Source: Takakia lepidozioides (Eukaryota; Plantae; Bryophyta). Taken from it: a stretch of DNA of 64,000 nt. The notes beneath the pieces were generated by a model. The model was not told the DNA's origin and did no database searches. It saw only the letters and a list, made by a program, of their open reading frames with translations. This document shows, piece after piece, positions 25,865 through 38,030 of this stretch; within the stretch, counting starts at the first letter, position 1; the number at the start of each line of letters is the position of its first letter. The translations under genes and the position numbers were made by a program. The stretch is from the NCBI GenBank assembly GCA_030704615.1, contig CM060731.1:78802001-78866000 (forward strand), read 5' to 3'.

Positions 25865-28259
25865 CAAAATTGTAGAAATTGTCCGTGAGCTGCTCAAGTC
25901 ATCAGTGTCGAGATGAACAGATCCCCGAGTCTCTTTTGCCCGGCTGGTCTCTGACAGTAGCACCTGCTTAGTCCCCATTGTGCATTTGAAATCCTCTTCG
26001 TTAAAGGTTCTTGCTTGCAATCTTAAGTAACACTATGCAACTATGGCCATCTTCCCTCGACCAGATCTGATCTACTTGAAACTTACTCTAGACACCGTCT
26101 GATCATAGTTTGTAGAAATCCTGAGAACATGTACATATATATAGCTTAAAGCTCGAGCTTGATCCTCATACTTAAAGGCCTAAACTCCATTCACGAGACT
26201 CTGGAGAGTTGAACTTAGAGGTCAGCTTCAATGGCCACATGATTCCAAACAGACTCCCACTTCCAAACGTTGGCCAACTCATTTCTTGGGTGTTCACCCA
26301 GATGACATTGCCGGGAGCACTCCCATATGTACTTGTGCATATGCTGCGTGTCTACAGGTGTGAGAGAGAAATTCGAAAAGTTCTATATAACGTCCCGCGG
26401 AACTTAGTACCATGCCTGTACCATGTGTGATAGTTCTAAAGCGAGAGAGAGAAGAGACTAAGTGGAGACTCACTATTATCACAGAGCATTTTGTTGATAT
26501 TTTGCCTCCTGGTGGGTCCCTGTCACCGTAGTCCTCGGACGGGGAATGCTACATATAGTAGTTTGCATGAGATCAGGATTGACTTGCCGGGTTGGTGGGT
26601 TCACCATGTTTAGAGCAATTATGTCACTTGATCAACGGGGTTTATAAGTGTGAAGACTTTGCTTAGGGTGACGTATCGGCACCATCATCGGCATTGTGTA
26701 CACTCCCCATGATTTGATGGTGGAACAGTGTGATGGGCCTCTGTTAACTGAAGAAGTGAATCTTCTCCATCCCAGGAGCATTCCTTTTGTTGGGCTGGGC
26801 CCAAGAGTTTGGCGCCATAAATCGTGCCATGGAGGTAGCCATGTCATTTTCTTGTTCTTGGGCCCGGACCCTCGTGTAAACCGGCCGCTGAGTGAATGTA
26901 ACTTAGAGCAAAAGAGGAGCGTGTTGTGAGTGAAGTCCAAGGCTTGAAGCTTGGTCATGGTGAGTATATAGAGTGAGATGCATTTTAATGGCAAATCACA
27001 ACTTTCCACTCATGTTTGTAAACATCGGATATCCAAGTTTTGGGTCCCACAGAATCCAGGGGTTTCTTCAACCACGTGGGCTGTGCATTTACATAATCCT
27101 TATTGAGGACTGCAAGGGCGTGTTGAGCGTTGAAAGAAAGCACCCCCATGCTGATCTGGAAGCTCTTCCACTTGTAGAGTGACCAGCAGCCAGCAGCAGC
27201 AAAGATAGACCAAATTGTGCTCGCTAAACGACCCACAGATTGTAAACTGACTTCAAGACTAAAGAGAATTGAAGTAAGGTCTACAGTCTCGCCATCCAAG
27301 TACATATATACATTCATATACCGGAGTCATATGTGCTGACTTGTCACCTTCCTTACTGGAGTAGCAAGTTCATATGGGTTATGGAGTCTGTGCAACTCAC
27401 ACTATCCAGCCAGTTTTGCATACTCGCCTCGTTGACTTTGTAAACCACCCTCCCTCCACCTATCCCTTATGCTCCGCCATACTACAGTGTCAGCACTGCG
27501 TCATTATTCCGCCTTTTTTGGCTCTCTCAGACACTTTGCATCATGTTGAAGTCAACGGAGAAAATGTAGTCAACGACGGAGAAATAATTTGAGTTGAACC
27601 GGCCAGTAGTAGCCGCAATCCCAGCAGCAATCGGCTAAGTGGGTTGGGCAGTCGGTTGCTGCCCCTTAGTGGTAACTATACCCGGTCAATTTCCCAGATA
27701 ATTTCTTTACAACCGGTAATATTCCTAATGATTTATTTTGCATTCAGCTATAAATCCGGTCCTTATATATATCAACCTGTTGACAACGCAAGTGTCAAAT
27801 GCACAACAATAAGTAAAATAAATAAATAAACACAACCAGTTTTAAGCAATTCAAACAAGTGAAGAACATTGTATCCTTATAGAAGTTGGACCTGTCAATG
27901 CCTTCAAACCACATGGAGGCCAAGAATTGAACCCGCGTGGACAGGTGAGCTGTGATAGCAGGCAGCGAGTGCAAGCAGGCGTGGGGCTGCGAGAGCAACG
28001 TCCAGACTTAGTAGGGTTTGCCCGCGGGCCGGGCCCGCCTTCTTGAGTTCAATATTTTTTCACCTAAACGCCCTTCCTCGGATGTAACCCGGCCTGGCAC
28101 ATTGGATTTCTGCCATGTGGCGGACTTCGATGGCCATTTCCGTATTTTGGATGTGGCTTGATTTTATTGCAAGCATGTGAGCTGACGGGTACGGCCCGCG
28201 AGGTACAGCCGGGAACCTCGCTCCGGCAGCCTCGTCGGCGAGCTGGACGCCCCATTTCA

Positions 28260-29409
28260 AATCATCCCCACCCCCCTCCGACCCCTCCGCCCCCTTGCCC
28301 CGCCCCCGCCCGCCCGTTGCTCCCTGCGCCCCCCTGACCCCCCCCCCCCCCCCGTGCCCGCCCGCCCGGGCAGTGCCGGAGTGATCCCTCACCCTCATCT
28401 CCAGCCACGTGGCGCTACCCCAAACCGTCGATCCCCTCCCCATCCATCCAACCTCAATTGAATGGATCACGGCCGGATGAAGGCCCATGACGCGCCCATC
28501 ACCACGTGGCGCTCCGCCGTCGTCGATCCCCTCCTCCCATCCACGGCGCGCTCCCCCGAGACGTCGCGCTCCCCTCGACGCACCTTGATCCCCCTTCCAG
28601 ACTAGGAGTGATCCCCCAACCCTAATCGCCCGCCACGTGCCGATCCCCTGCACATCCATCCGACCTCACAAACAATGGATGTTGTGTGTCATCCGCCCCT
28701 CATCCCCCGCCATCCTCCCTCGCAAGGGACGGACGACGGCCGGATGAAGGCCCGATGACACTGACAGGCCACATGCCGCTCCCCCCGCCGTCGATCCCTC
28801 TTCCCATCGATGGCCCGATCCCCCGACATGTCGCCCCCCCCCCCCCCTCGGTTGATCCCCCATCCAATGCGGTGACTGATCCCCCTCCACCCATCGGATG
28901 GCACGTGGCGCTCCCCCCGCCACCGATCCCCTCTTCCCATCCACGGCGCGGTCCCTCGACACATCGCCGCTCCCCCCGACCTGGCTTGATCCCCACTCCG
29001 GACCAGGAGTGATCCCCCACCCCTAATCGTCCACCACGTGCTACTCCCCCGAACCGTCGATCCCCTGCTCATCCATCCAACCTCAAAACAATGGATATTC
29101 AGGGTCATCCGCCCCTCATCCCCCCGCCATCCTCCCGCGCAGTGGATGGACGACGGCCGGATGAAGGCCCCATGGCACGCCCACCGCCGTCGATCCCCTC
29201 ATCCCATCGTAGCCGCGATCCCCCGCAACTGGGTTGATCCCCCGTCCAGGGTAGGAGTGATCCCCCACTCCCAATCGTGCGCCACGTGGTTCTCCTCGAA
29301 CCGTCGATCCCCTGCGCATCAACAGCCACTGCCGTTCACAGTGACACGCCGCCACGTCGCAATCCCCTCCGCCGTCGATCCCTCCAACGGTTAGAGGCCT
29401 GATCCCCCG
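28260..29409. repeat. GC-rich degenerate tandem repeats (GATCCCC-rich, ~230-400 bp period) inside the MULE
   Basis: 'ggagtgatccc(c)..ccct(a)atc..ccacgtg' recurs at ~28378, 28605, 29006 and 29254. 'ggccggatgaaggccc' recurs at ~28471, 28737 and 29155. Confidence 0.8.
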
Positions 29410-29968
29410 TGTCGCGGCCCTTTGCCTTGAGGGCAAGGGGTCGGGACACAAGAGGGGCTGCCCCGTGGTGGGGGCAGTGGCAGCGATAGGTACGGGGGGC
29501 TGAAGCACCCTTGAGTGCCTTGGGCACTCAAGGAGGCGGAAGCGCTCACTAGGTGGAGCCCCGCACACCGGGTTGCGGTGGGGGTGGCTCCACAAGGGGT
29601 GGTGGTAGCTTAGCGGGACTTAGTGGGGGTGGCATAGGACTCACCATAGGGCGGAGACCTCGGGGTGGGAGTCGTGGGGAGTCTTGGGGCTCATCACGGT
29701 CCAATGGGGCCGTGGTGGGTGGGCCAAGACTCACCACGACTCATCACCGGGAGTTGAGGGTCTTTGTGGTGGTTCGCCATAAAATGGCATGGTTGTTTGT
29801 GAAACCCCCGCGGACAGTCACAGAAGTATATATAGGGAGTAGTAACCCCGAGAACGGTGCAAGCCCGTTGGTGACCAAAAACTAGTGAGTAAGCGAGCGA
29901 GCCGGAAAGCGATCAAGGAGTGGGGAGCTATTCCGGACTGCCATCTACCAAAGGGAATTTCCACTAGG
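29410..29968 (+). repeat. Left terminal repeat arm (inverted copy of the 5' LTR U3/TATA portion)
   Basis: tgtcgcggccc...gggaatttccactagg is the reverse complement of 33825-34369. The same spurious peptide MEPRTPGCGGG appears at +29553 and -34225. Confidence 0.95.
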
Positions 29969-30432
29969 TGCCGCTTTTGGCATCACCTTGAACAAGGGTT
30001 TACCTTGAACATTTTTTTGACTATGAAGATAACCTTGAACCAACCGTGCGCCCCAATCACTACAATTGGGTCCGCCTTGGAATGCTGGCCTGAGGTACGG
30101 GAACACGCCGAAGCCGCACTACGACTTCGTCCCCAGGCTACACGATTATGTACATGAATGGAAGCACATTTCCAAGTACGCAAGTTTCCTTGCCCCTTGG
30201 ATGGGAGTCACCCGATTTCGGCACTGCGCAAACACACGATTAACCCAATTTACCTCTCCCACTTTTGTAAGCTAGCGTGCATTCTACACACTAGCCAATC
30301 ATACCATGCATCACCATTCCACACAAAATAGGACACACAACATTTGGAAACCATTTCATTTATAACAAAATTTGTACAATACAAGTTTTTGCAATCGAAT
30401 TCCTGGGCTAGCTAAGCCGGGCTAAGCATGCA

Positions 30433-30445
30433 TTTCCTCCCCCAC
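30433..30445 (-). promoter_or_regulatory. Polypurine tract (GTGGGGGAGGAAA) followed by TG
   Basis: Lies ~20 nt after the chromodomain stop codon, the usual chromovirus PPT position. Confidence 0.75.
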
Positions 30446-30466
30446 GCTCCAAGGTTGATGTCCCCA

Positions 30467-33400
30467 TCAACGCTTCTTCCGCTTTTGAGGTTGCCCTTCG
30501 AATGCTGCAACCGCCTCGGATGCGTTTCCCATTTCTGAGGCTCGCACCCAAGATGCCTCCACATGATGATAGCTCTTCCATTTCACGAGATACTCTGTTT
30601 CTCGGTTCTTGAACCTCCTCGACTTAAGCACTCCCTCCACCTCGTACTCAGGTTCATTTTCATGATCCAACAACATAGGTGGCGCCTCCGCCGTGGCCCG
30701 CAAGCGGGCCATCATCGCATTCTCTTAAGAGACTATCTCTGATTCCTCCCTTCAGCACGTCGAGACGTTTTTGCTTATACCGGAGCAGTCCAGTTTGCAA
30801 GTGGAACTGCGATTTAACCCCCATCCTCAAGTCCCGCATCGCGGACTTCGCCATCTCATCCTTCCGGATCTTCCTTTGGAGCGTCGTCTCGCCCCTGTAC
30901 ACCAACATGAGCTGCTGCTTTCTACTTAAAGCATCGGCCACCACATTGTCTCGTTCCGGTTTGTACTGGATATCCACGTCGAACACCGCCAAAGTATCTT
31001 GCCACCTAAGTTGTTCTGGGGATAACTTAGGCTGCGTGGCAAAATACTTCATCGTGACATTGTCCGTGAACACCTTCATTGGGTTGGAACCAACATAGTG
31101 GCGCCAAAGCTCAAGGCAATGCACCACCACCTTCATCTCTTTCTCGTTCGTCGGCCACCGTCGGCCACTTCATTCAGTTTCTTACTTTCGTAAGCCATTG
31201 GACGTCCATCTTGCATAAGTATCCCCCCAATCGCGAAGTCCGACGCATTTGTATGAATCTCGAACGGGCGGTCGAACTCTGGGATTTTCAAGACTGGAGC
31301 TTCCGCCATCCGCTGCTTCAATTCAGTAAAAGCTTGGCCACAAAAAGTGTTCCATAACCAGACTTTGGATTTACACAGAAGGTTTGACAGCGGCCCCGCG
31401 ATCTTGGCGAAATTTCTCACATACTTTCGGTAATAGGAGGCGAGTCCTAGGAAGGATCGCACTCCCGGGACCAAAGTCGGAGGCTCCCAGTCCAAGATCG
31501 CCCTCACCTTTCTGTCATCCATTTTGATCCCATCCTGTGTAATCACATGCCCCAGGAACTCCACTTTTGTGACCCCGAATTCGCACTTTGAAGCTTTGGC
31601 ATACAGCTTCCCTTCCCGCAATTTTTGGAACACCCTTTTGAGGTGCTCCAGGTGCTCCTCCTTTGTTTTCGAGTACACCAAGATGTCGTCGATGTACACG
31701 ATCACAAAGTCATCCAACCACTCCTGGAAAAGGCTGTTCATCAGCGTGCTAAAGGTCGCGAGTGCGTTGGTGAGCCCAAAAGGCATCACCAAGAACTCAT
31801 ATGAACCATACCTTGTCCTCCACGCGGTCTTCTCCTCATCTCCTTCCGCCACTCGAATTTGATGATAGCCAGAGCGCAAATCGATCCGACTGAAATACTT
31901 CGCTCCTGCCAACCGATCAAAAAGGTTGTCGATCCTTGGCAAAGGGTACCGGTTTTTTATAGTCACCTTATTCAGAGCCCTGTAATCGACACACATCCGC
32001 AGCGTCCCATCTTTCTTGTCTGCAAATAGCACCGGGGCTCCGTAAGGTGACTTACTCGGCCGGATGTACCCCTTTGACATTAGATCCTTGAGCTGAGTCT
32101 TCAACTCGACCAACTCTTTGTGGCTCAACCGGTAGGGTGCCTTGGCAGGCGGTTCCGATTCCGGTATCACCTCAATCTTGTGGTCGACTCCTCTTCGCGG
32201 TGGCAAGCCGCTTTGGTAAATCCTCCGGCATCATATCATGGTATTTCTCCAAAATCCCTTTGATCCAATTTGGGCTCAGCTCCCCATCGCTTCTCTGACG
32301 TAAAACAAAAACTGGGGCTCGTGTGACTCCTCCACGGCCCACTCCTTTGCTAATAGAAGGTTTATTCGCCCTCCCACGGGTTTGGGCGTTTCCGACACTC
32401 GTAAGACCTCGCCACCATTCCCACATGGCAGCGTGAGTACTCTCTTGCAGCCATCTATGACCGCTCCGGATTTGCTCAAAAATGTCATCCCCAAAATGAG
32501 ATCCACTCCATCGATCTCGCAGATGGTGAAATTCTCACGTCCCTCCCAACTCCCCAGTTGAAGAGGAACATCGAACGCCAACCTCGTCGCTAGTTGCAGT
32601 TCTCCTTTGGCAGAACGCACCTCAATAGAGGCCCCCACGTCACTTGTTGGGAGTCCCAGCTTTCGTGCCGTTGCCGGTGTCATGAAGGAGTGTGACGATC
32701 TTGTGTCCACCAACAACGACACGTTAGTTATGGATATTATCCCATCCACGAACAATAACTGACTCCCTTTACGTAGGGCGTCAGTTTCCTGATACAACTC
32801 ACAAGAATAGTCGCCTACCTTGCAAGTCTTGGCGACCACCGCTTCCACCAAGAGAGTGATAGAATCTTCCGACAGCTCTGTGGTTGCCCGAGATGGGGCC
32901 AGTCCCGCCACAAAGTTAAAGACCATTTCTGGTTCTGCCATGTCCACGACTTCGAGCAACAGCACATTGAAAGCCTGAACATATCCCTGAATGTCATCCG
33001 TTTGCTTCAAATTCATTGTCCCGGGCGAGCCAGGACGCGTTGAGGGGCATAAACTGTCTCTTCATCAATTCCTTGAACCCACTCCAGTTCAAGGTTTTCG
33101 GGCTTGGACCTCGGTCGTGAAGGCGTTTTTGCCACCATTGTTGAGCATAGCCCCTCAAATAGGTGGGAGCCACTTCCACCCGATCCTCGTCACTCAACTT
33201 GGCCACCCGGAAGTACTGCTCTAGCTCCAACAGCCAGGTGTTGAGTGCCTTCCGATTCGGACGCCCTCGAAGGTGCCGGGTTCCTTAGGCTTCACCTTAA
33301 ACTTTGCCTTAATGGAAGTGGCATTAGCCGCCTTCAACACGTCTTTCAACGTCCCGCCAAATTGCGCCAACAACCCTTCCCAAAAGGCTGCTGGCATGGG

Positions 33401-33606
33401 AGGCATCTGTTGGTTTGTCGGAGCTCTCAAGTATTCCTCGGGCTCCGACTCCTCATATTCCTCCCGTTCTTGAGCAGCCTCATTTTCAAAAGCATGCATC
33501 GCCTCCTCAAATGGCCGCTTTGGTGACACGTCGCCCCCGTCGGGCTCACCAGGATCATCATCTTTTGGGCCGTTCCGCTTTCGCTTTGGCTTGCCCGACC
33601 CCATGA
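30467..33606 (-). pseudogene. Frameshifted gag-pol (gag, PR, RT, RNaseH, integrase remnant, chromodomain)
   Basis: ORFs 33221-33658, 32994-33230, 32276-33016, 31133-32206, 30660-31136 and 30467-30715 are in colinear domain order. Confidence 0.9.
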
Positions 33607-33645
33607 TGAGGCCAATCCCAAGGACGATCGCGTACTGAACTCTAA

Positions 33646-33657
33646 GCTCTGATACCA
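33646..33657 (-). promoter_or_regulatory. Primer-binding site, tRNA-iMet (TGGTATCAGAGC)
   Basis: Plus strand gctctgatacca is the canonical plant initiator-Met PBS. Confidence 0.93.
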
Positions 33658-33659
33658 AG

Positions 33660-34369
33660 TGTCGTGCACCTCACTTCGGTAAGCTCCCCTTCAAGTCATA
33701 GTTACTCGCTTTGATGCGCGCGCCTAACTCCCAACCTGGCCGCCGGACCAACTTGGAGCTTCGGCTGCTCACCGGGACATAACGGTCCCCATTTACTCTT
33801 CCAAAAGACCCTCCACCAATTTGGGCCTAGTGGAAATTCCCTTTGGCAAATGGCAGTCCGGAATAGCTCCCCACTCTTTGGTCGCTTTCCGGCTCGCTCG
33901 CTTACTCACTAGTTTTTGGTCACCAACGGGCTTGCACCGTTCTCGGGGTTACTACTCCCTATATATACTTCTGTGACACAAACAACCATGCCTTTTTATG
34001 GCAAACCACCATGAAGACCCTCGACTCCCGGTGATGAGTCGCGGTGAGTCTTGGCCCACCCACCACGGCCCCATTGGACCGTGATGAGTCCCCAGACTCC
34101 CCACGACTCCCACCACGAGGTCTCCGCCCCATGGTGAGTCCTATGCCACCCCCACAAAGTCCCGCTAAGCTACCACCACCCCTTGTGGAGCCACCCCCAC
34201 CGCAACCCGGTGTGCGGGGCTCCACCTAGTGAGCGCCTCCGCCTCCTTGAGTGCCTTGGGCACTCAAGGGTGCTTCAGCCCCCTATACCTATCGCTGCCA
34301 CTGCCCCCACCACAGGGGCAGCCCCTCTTGTGTCCCGACCTCTTGCCCTCATGGCAAAGGGCCGCGACA
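33660..34369 (-). repeat. 5' LTR of the chromovirus (TGTCGCGG...GCACGACA)
   Basis: Ends 2 nt before the PBS and contains TATATATA at 33960-33967. Confidence 0.88.
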
Positions 34370-35773
34370 CGTAGGCTGACCCAAATCCTATGTGCAAGGG
34401 GATGAGGATCTGTAACTATAGTACCTTTCGCATAAACTTTCGCTTTAGTCCAAGACTCATTTGGTCTCTGAAAGGGACGATGATACTGAAGCATCGGTTT
34501 TATGGTGCACTGCTTTGCAAATGCAATGGTATCCTCCTTTTCAAATGGAGAACTTTGAACTGGTGGCTTCACGTTGGAAGCGAATGTATAATGGTTATGA
34601 GACATAATGGCTTTCAAAACCACATATACGGTGTCCGATATGTTATATACACTATGGGAATCCAAATGGTTCCCACCGAGGTCACCACAAATGTCTCTCA
34701 TACCACTGTGAATCGCACAAAACATCATGGGTCACTGAATACAATGCGCTGGCTTCAATAATTGCCCCGCCGGATGACAGCCGCACTGCCTTGTTGAGCG
34801 AACTCTTTGGGTGACACATGGGGGAGCAGTGCACGGTGAAGGGGACCAGGCATATAAGTCCATTGCGAAGCCGCAGGGGATGGGGGGATGAGGGGGAGCA
34901 GTGATTGGGAAGGGGATCACGAGGAGCTGAGCACAACCTCGGGAAGCAGCGGTGTAAGGGGGCTAGCTGTGATGAGAAGGGGGATGAGGGGGATGAGGGA
35001 ACCTTTGTCATTTCAGGGGAGCAGAGGCCGAAGCACTACATGAAGAGGGGGATGAGGGGAGGAGGGGAGCAGTGTGCTTGCAATGCAAAAAATGTGGCAG
35101 GGAACGCACTAGAGACTGGTGGCAACTGTTTTTCAGTATTGGAATTCAGGACTGTTAATTTAAGTGGGCGGTAATTTGTGTTTTTGAACATCACTGCAAA
35201 GGCATGCATACTGACTCAATTGCAATAAAGATCATCCACATCTCATTCATTCCATCGTGAATCACAGAACACATGCGTCACTGAACATAGCTTCAGCCAT
35301 TTTGAATAATGAGAAATTGTTTGATACGAAATGCTCGATGAGAATGCAATCTCAGGGAAATCAGCAATCTGAATGGGAGCACGAGAGCATAAACCTGCTT
35401 GCTCTCAACCCTTCAATCTGGGACGCCTAACTTGACGAAGTACATGCAAAATAGACGAAGATGGAGGGATTGCTGAGACTATTTTGGATCCAAGACGTCT
35501 TGATTTCCGTGACATAGAAACCTCTACCCAATCCTTTCTTCTCTTAAAACTCATTCCCGATCCATCTTGAACACGTTCAAACCTTCTTACAAGATGTGGG
35601 TGGAGAAGACCCGCAGCCATGCGTGTGGCCATTTGCGTTAGCTTTCCTCTCGTGACACGAAGGTCACTCAAAAGATGGTTCTAGAGGGCCATGTTACCTT
35701 TCACACAGACTTCCAAACCAAGCATCTCCTATACGATGGCCTTCATGACAGTTGCTTGCGATTCATGGCGGGG

Positions 35774-36690
35774 CTACTGCTCCCCCAAGACATTCCCAGC
35801 CAGAACCGTGTCTGGTGTAGGGGGATCAATGCAACATATGGGATCTGTGTCACACAGGGGCTCCGCGGCGGACAAAGGATCAAGGTCAAGCAACTTGGCC
35901 ATGCCCCCATTGAGTGTCCCAAGTCGTGTTCCACAAGTTCGGACAATTAAACCCTCTGGTACATAAGGCCGCAACATCTTGAACACCTTGACTTGGTGCT
36001 TGCATAGGTTCCCTTCCATGGCATTAGGGCCGTCACAACAAACCCACTTGGATGTTGGATTGCATATAGTGTATACAGTGCCTAGAGAAGACATGTTTTT
36101 TACCTTCGCAGGATCCCCCGTGTGCTGGGGCAATTCCACGTTGGATTCCGGTATCTGCCCAGCCATCCACACCGCATTTTGCACGAAATGTTCCATCCTA
36201 GAGTTGCGAATGAACCCTTCAGCTTTCAAGGACGAAATGTACCAGTAATGTGTGAGGAGGCTACCTGTTAGGGTGTAGACCAACCAATCCAATTGACGCC
36301 CGTCCATTTTCTGTCTTGTTTGGGACAAGCGCCTCTTCAGGTTTGCATGGTACGCTTCAATTCCAGCATTCGTATCTTGTCCGGCATGTGGGATATTTCG
36401 AGTTCCAACAACCCACGTGTCCACTTTCGGGATCCACCATTTGTGGATATACAAGAAGAACAGTTTAGCTGCGGGATACTTTGTTTGTAAATCATACAAT
36501 CTAAACACAGCCTAGGCCTGCGAAGAGTCACCAATGGGACCACCTTTATTGTACATGATGTCACCCATACCTTGCAAGACATCGGCCCTTAACTGGGTAT
36601 CCTTGATTTTCTCGATGGCATTCCTCAGCCAGGCCCTTCGAACATGCCAAAGGCACATGAAAACCGGCACCACTGGGAACGTATGCCTGA
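35774..36690 (-). pseudogene. MULE transposase C-terminal half with SWIM zinc finger
   Basis: 'FPVVPVFMCLWHVRRAW' (CxxH), 'DTNAGIEAYHANLK' (catalytic E) and 'CCDGPNAMEGNLCKHQVKV' (SWIM). One in-frame TAG at ~36512. Confidence 0.85.
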
Positions 36691-38030
36691 ACCATCCACA
36701 AAACGGCATTAGCAAGGCCACTACAACACCACAACATGACCACCACAAAATTAGATACAAGTATGAATCTCTGATAAGTGCTCCCTGTTCGTGATCCCCT
36801 GATCCTCTTTGACTGAAACCCCTCATGCAGATCCGGTGAAGGCAATGAAAGGGGAATACATGAGCCCTCCTATGGCCAATGAAAGGCCGATAAAAATCAC
36901 ATTGTCGGATCAAACATGTGCTGGTCCTAATCCCCTGGTACCCTGAGTGTCCGAAGTCCCTAATCACTGATCCCATAATTGATCCCCTTTCATTGATCCC
37001 CTTTCAGTGATCCCCCCATGCAACCTTGGATTCTTGGACCCTCGATCATTGTCGGATGTGAGATTTGCTGCTCCTGATCCCTGCTACCCTCCCCTGGTTC
37101 CTTGATCCCTGATCCCATAATCGATCCTCTTTCACTGATCCCCCATGCAACCCTACACTCTTGGTCCCCACTACACGGATCCCCCGGCAGGAAAATTGGG
37201 CCTACATGTGTGGCGTGTGAAGCCTCTCAGGAGGTGCGCTGCTGGGACCGGGGGGAGCAGGATTCCCGGCTGTAGCTCGCAGGCCATACCCGTCAGCTCA
37301 CACGCTTGCAATAAAATCAAGTCACATCCATATTGGGACCGGTTTTGGTGAGCTAAGACCCACATGTGTGGCATGTGAAACCTCTCGGGAGGTGCGCTGC
37401 TGGGACCGGGTCATTACGACTTGGCTTCCGAAAATTCGCGGGCCACAGCTCAGAACCACCATCTCATAACTTACGCAATGCTCCCCAAAAAATGCAGACG
37501 TGACATGACCAGAGAGCTTTACTAATGAATAGAAAACAGTGCGAATATATACACTAGTGCCAACGTGAAGGCATCTCAGCGTATATCACTACGTTTCGTC
37601 GGCAGCGATCTTTCTCCCTCGGCTCCCTACACGACCCTTCTCGAGAAGTGGGTCACCGCACTTGGACTTGATATGCCGTTCTTAGAAGAAAGCTTTGATT
37701 GATCAGCAGCAGTTGACACTGAGTGCTGTCTACAAGGTTAGTGGACGGGAGATCATGTAGCGCGAGAAGGAAAGCTTGACTTGCTTGGGACAGGAGTTAC
37801 GGGGTTGTTGAGATGATGGAGGTCCAGTGGATGGGCTGTATCGATAGCAAGCAGCTTTCTGCAGAAGGCGCCCTCTCCAAGATGAGGTCCATGTGCACAT
37901 CGATACCTTCCAGTTATGTGTGCAGTACTTTCAAATTCCATCGACTGTTCACTGCTCTAGCAGGCTCTTCATAGGATCACAAGGACACAAATTTTAGCGG
38001 GATTTTGTAACCCCAAACGACCTTGGAAAT

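Larger units (their letters stand above)
29410..34369 (-). mobile_element. Ty3/Gypsy chromovirus (Galadriel/Tcn1-like) with inverted terminal repeats and deleted integrase core
   Basis: TG...CA ends. PBS 33657-33646, gag ~33606-32900, protease 'LLVDTRSSHSF', RT 31133-32206 ('[11 protein letters not shown]', '[10 protein letters not shown]'), RNaseH ('[13 protein letters not shown]', 'NVVADALSR'), chromodomain 'EYEVEGVLKSR..EYLVKWKSY..ASW', PPT 30445-30433. Confidence 0.92.
28010..37445 (-). mobile_element. Mutator-like (MULE) element, internally deleted, with a nested Gypsy insertion
   Basis: Inverted repeat 28148-28225 vs 37255-37331 (tggatgtggcttgattttattgcaagcatgtgagctgacggg / cccgtcagctcacacgcttgcaataaaatcaagtcacatcca), plus the transposase remnant below. 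Outer ends and TSD not resolved. Confidence 0.65.

Noticed and set aside
26630-27560. Possible decayed LINE ORF1 or gene fragment on the minus strand
   Set aside because: No motif could be identified with confidence.
28060-29885. Many overlapping Gly/Pro/Arg-rich ORFs
   Set aside because: Artefacts of GC-rich repeats and the LTR arm, with no recognisable domains.
29410-34369. Interpreting the inverted-repeat element as a DIRS retrotransposon
   Set aside because: No tyrosine recombinase or internal complementary region seen. It has protease, tRNA PBS, PPT and chromodomain, which are Gypsy hallmarks.
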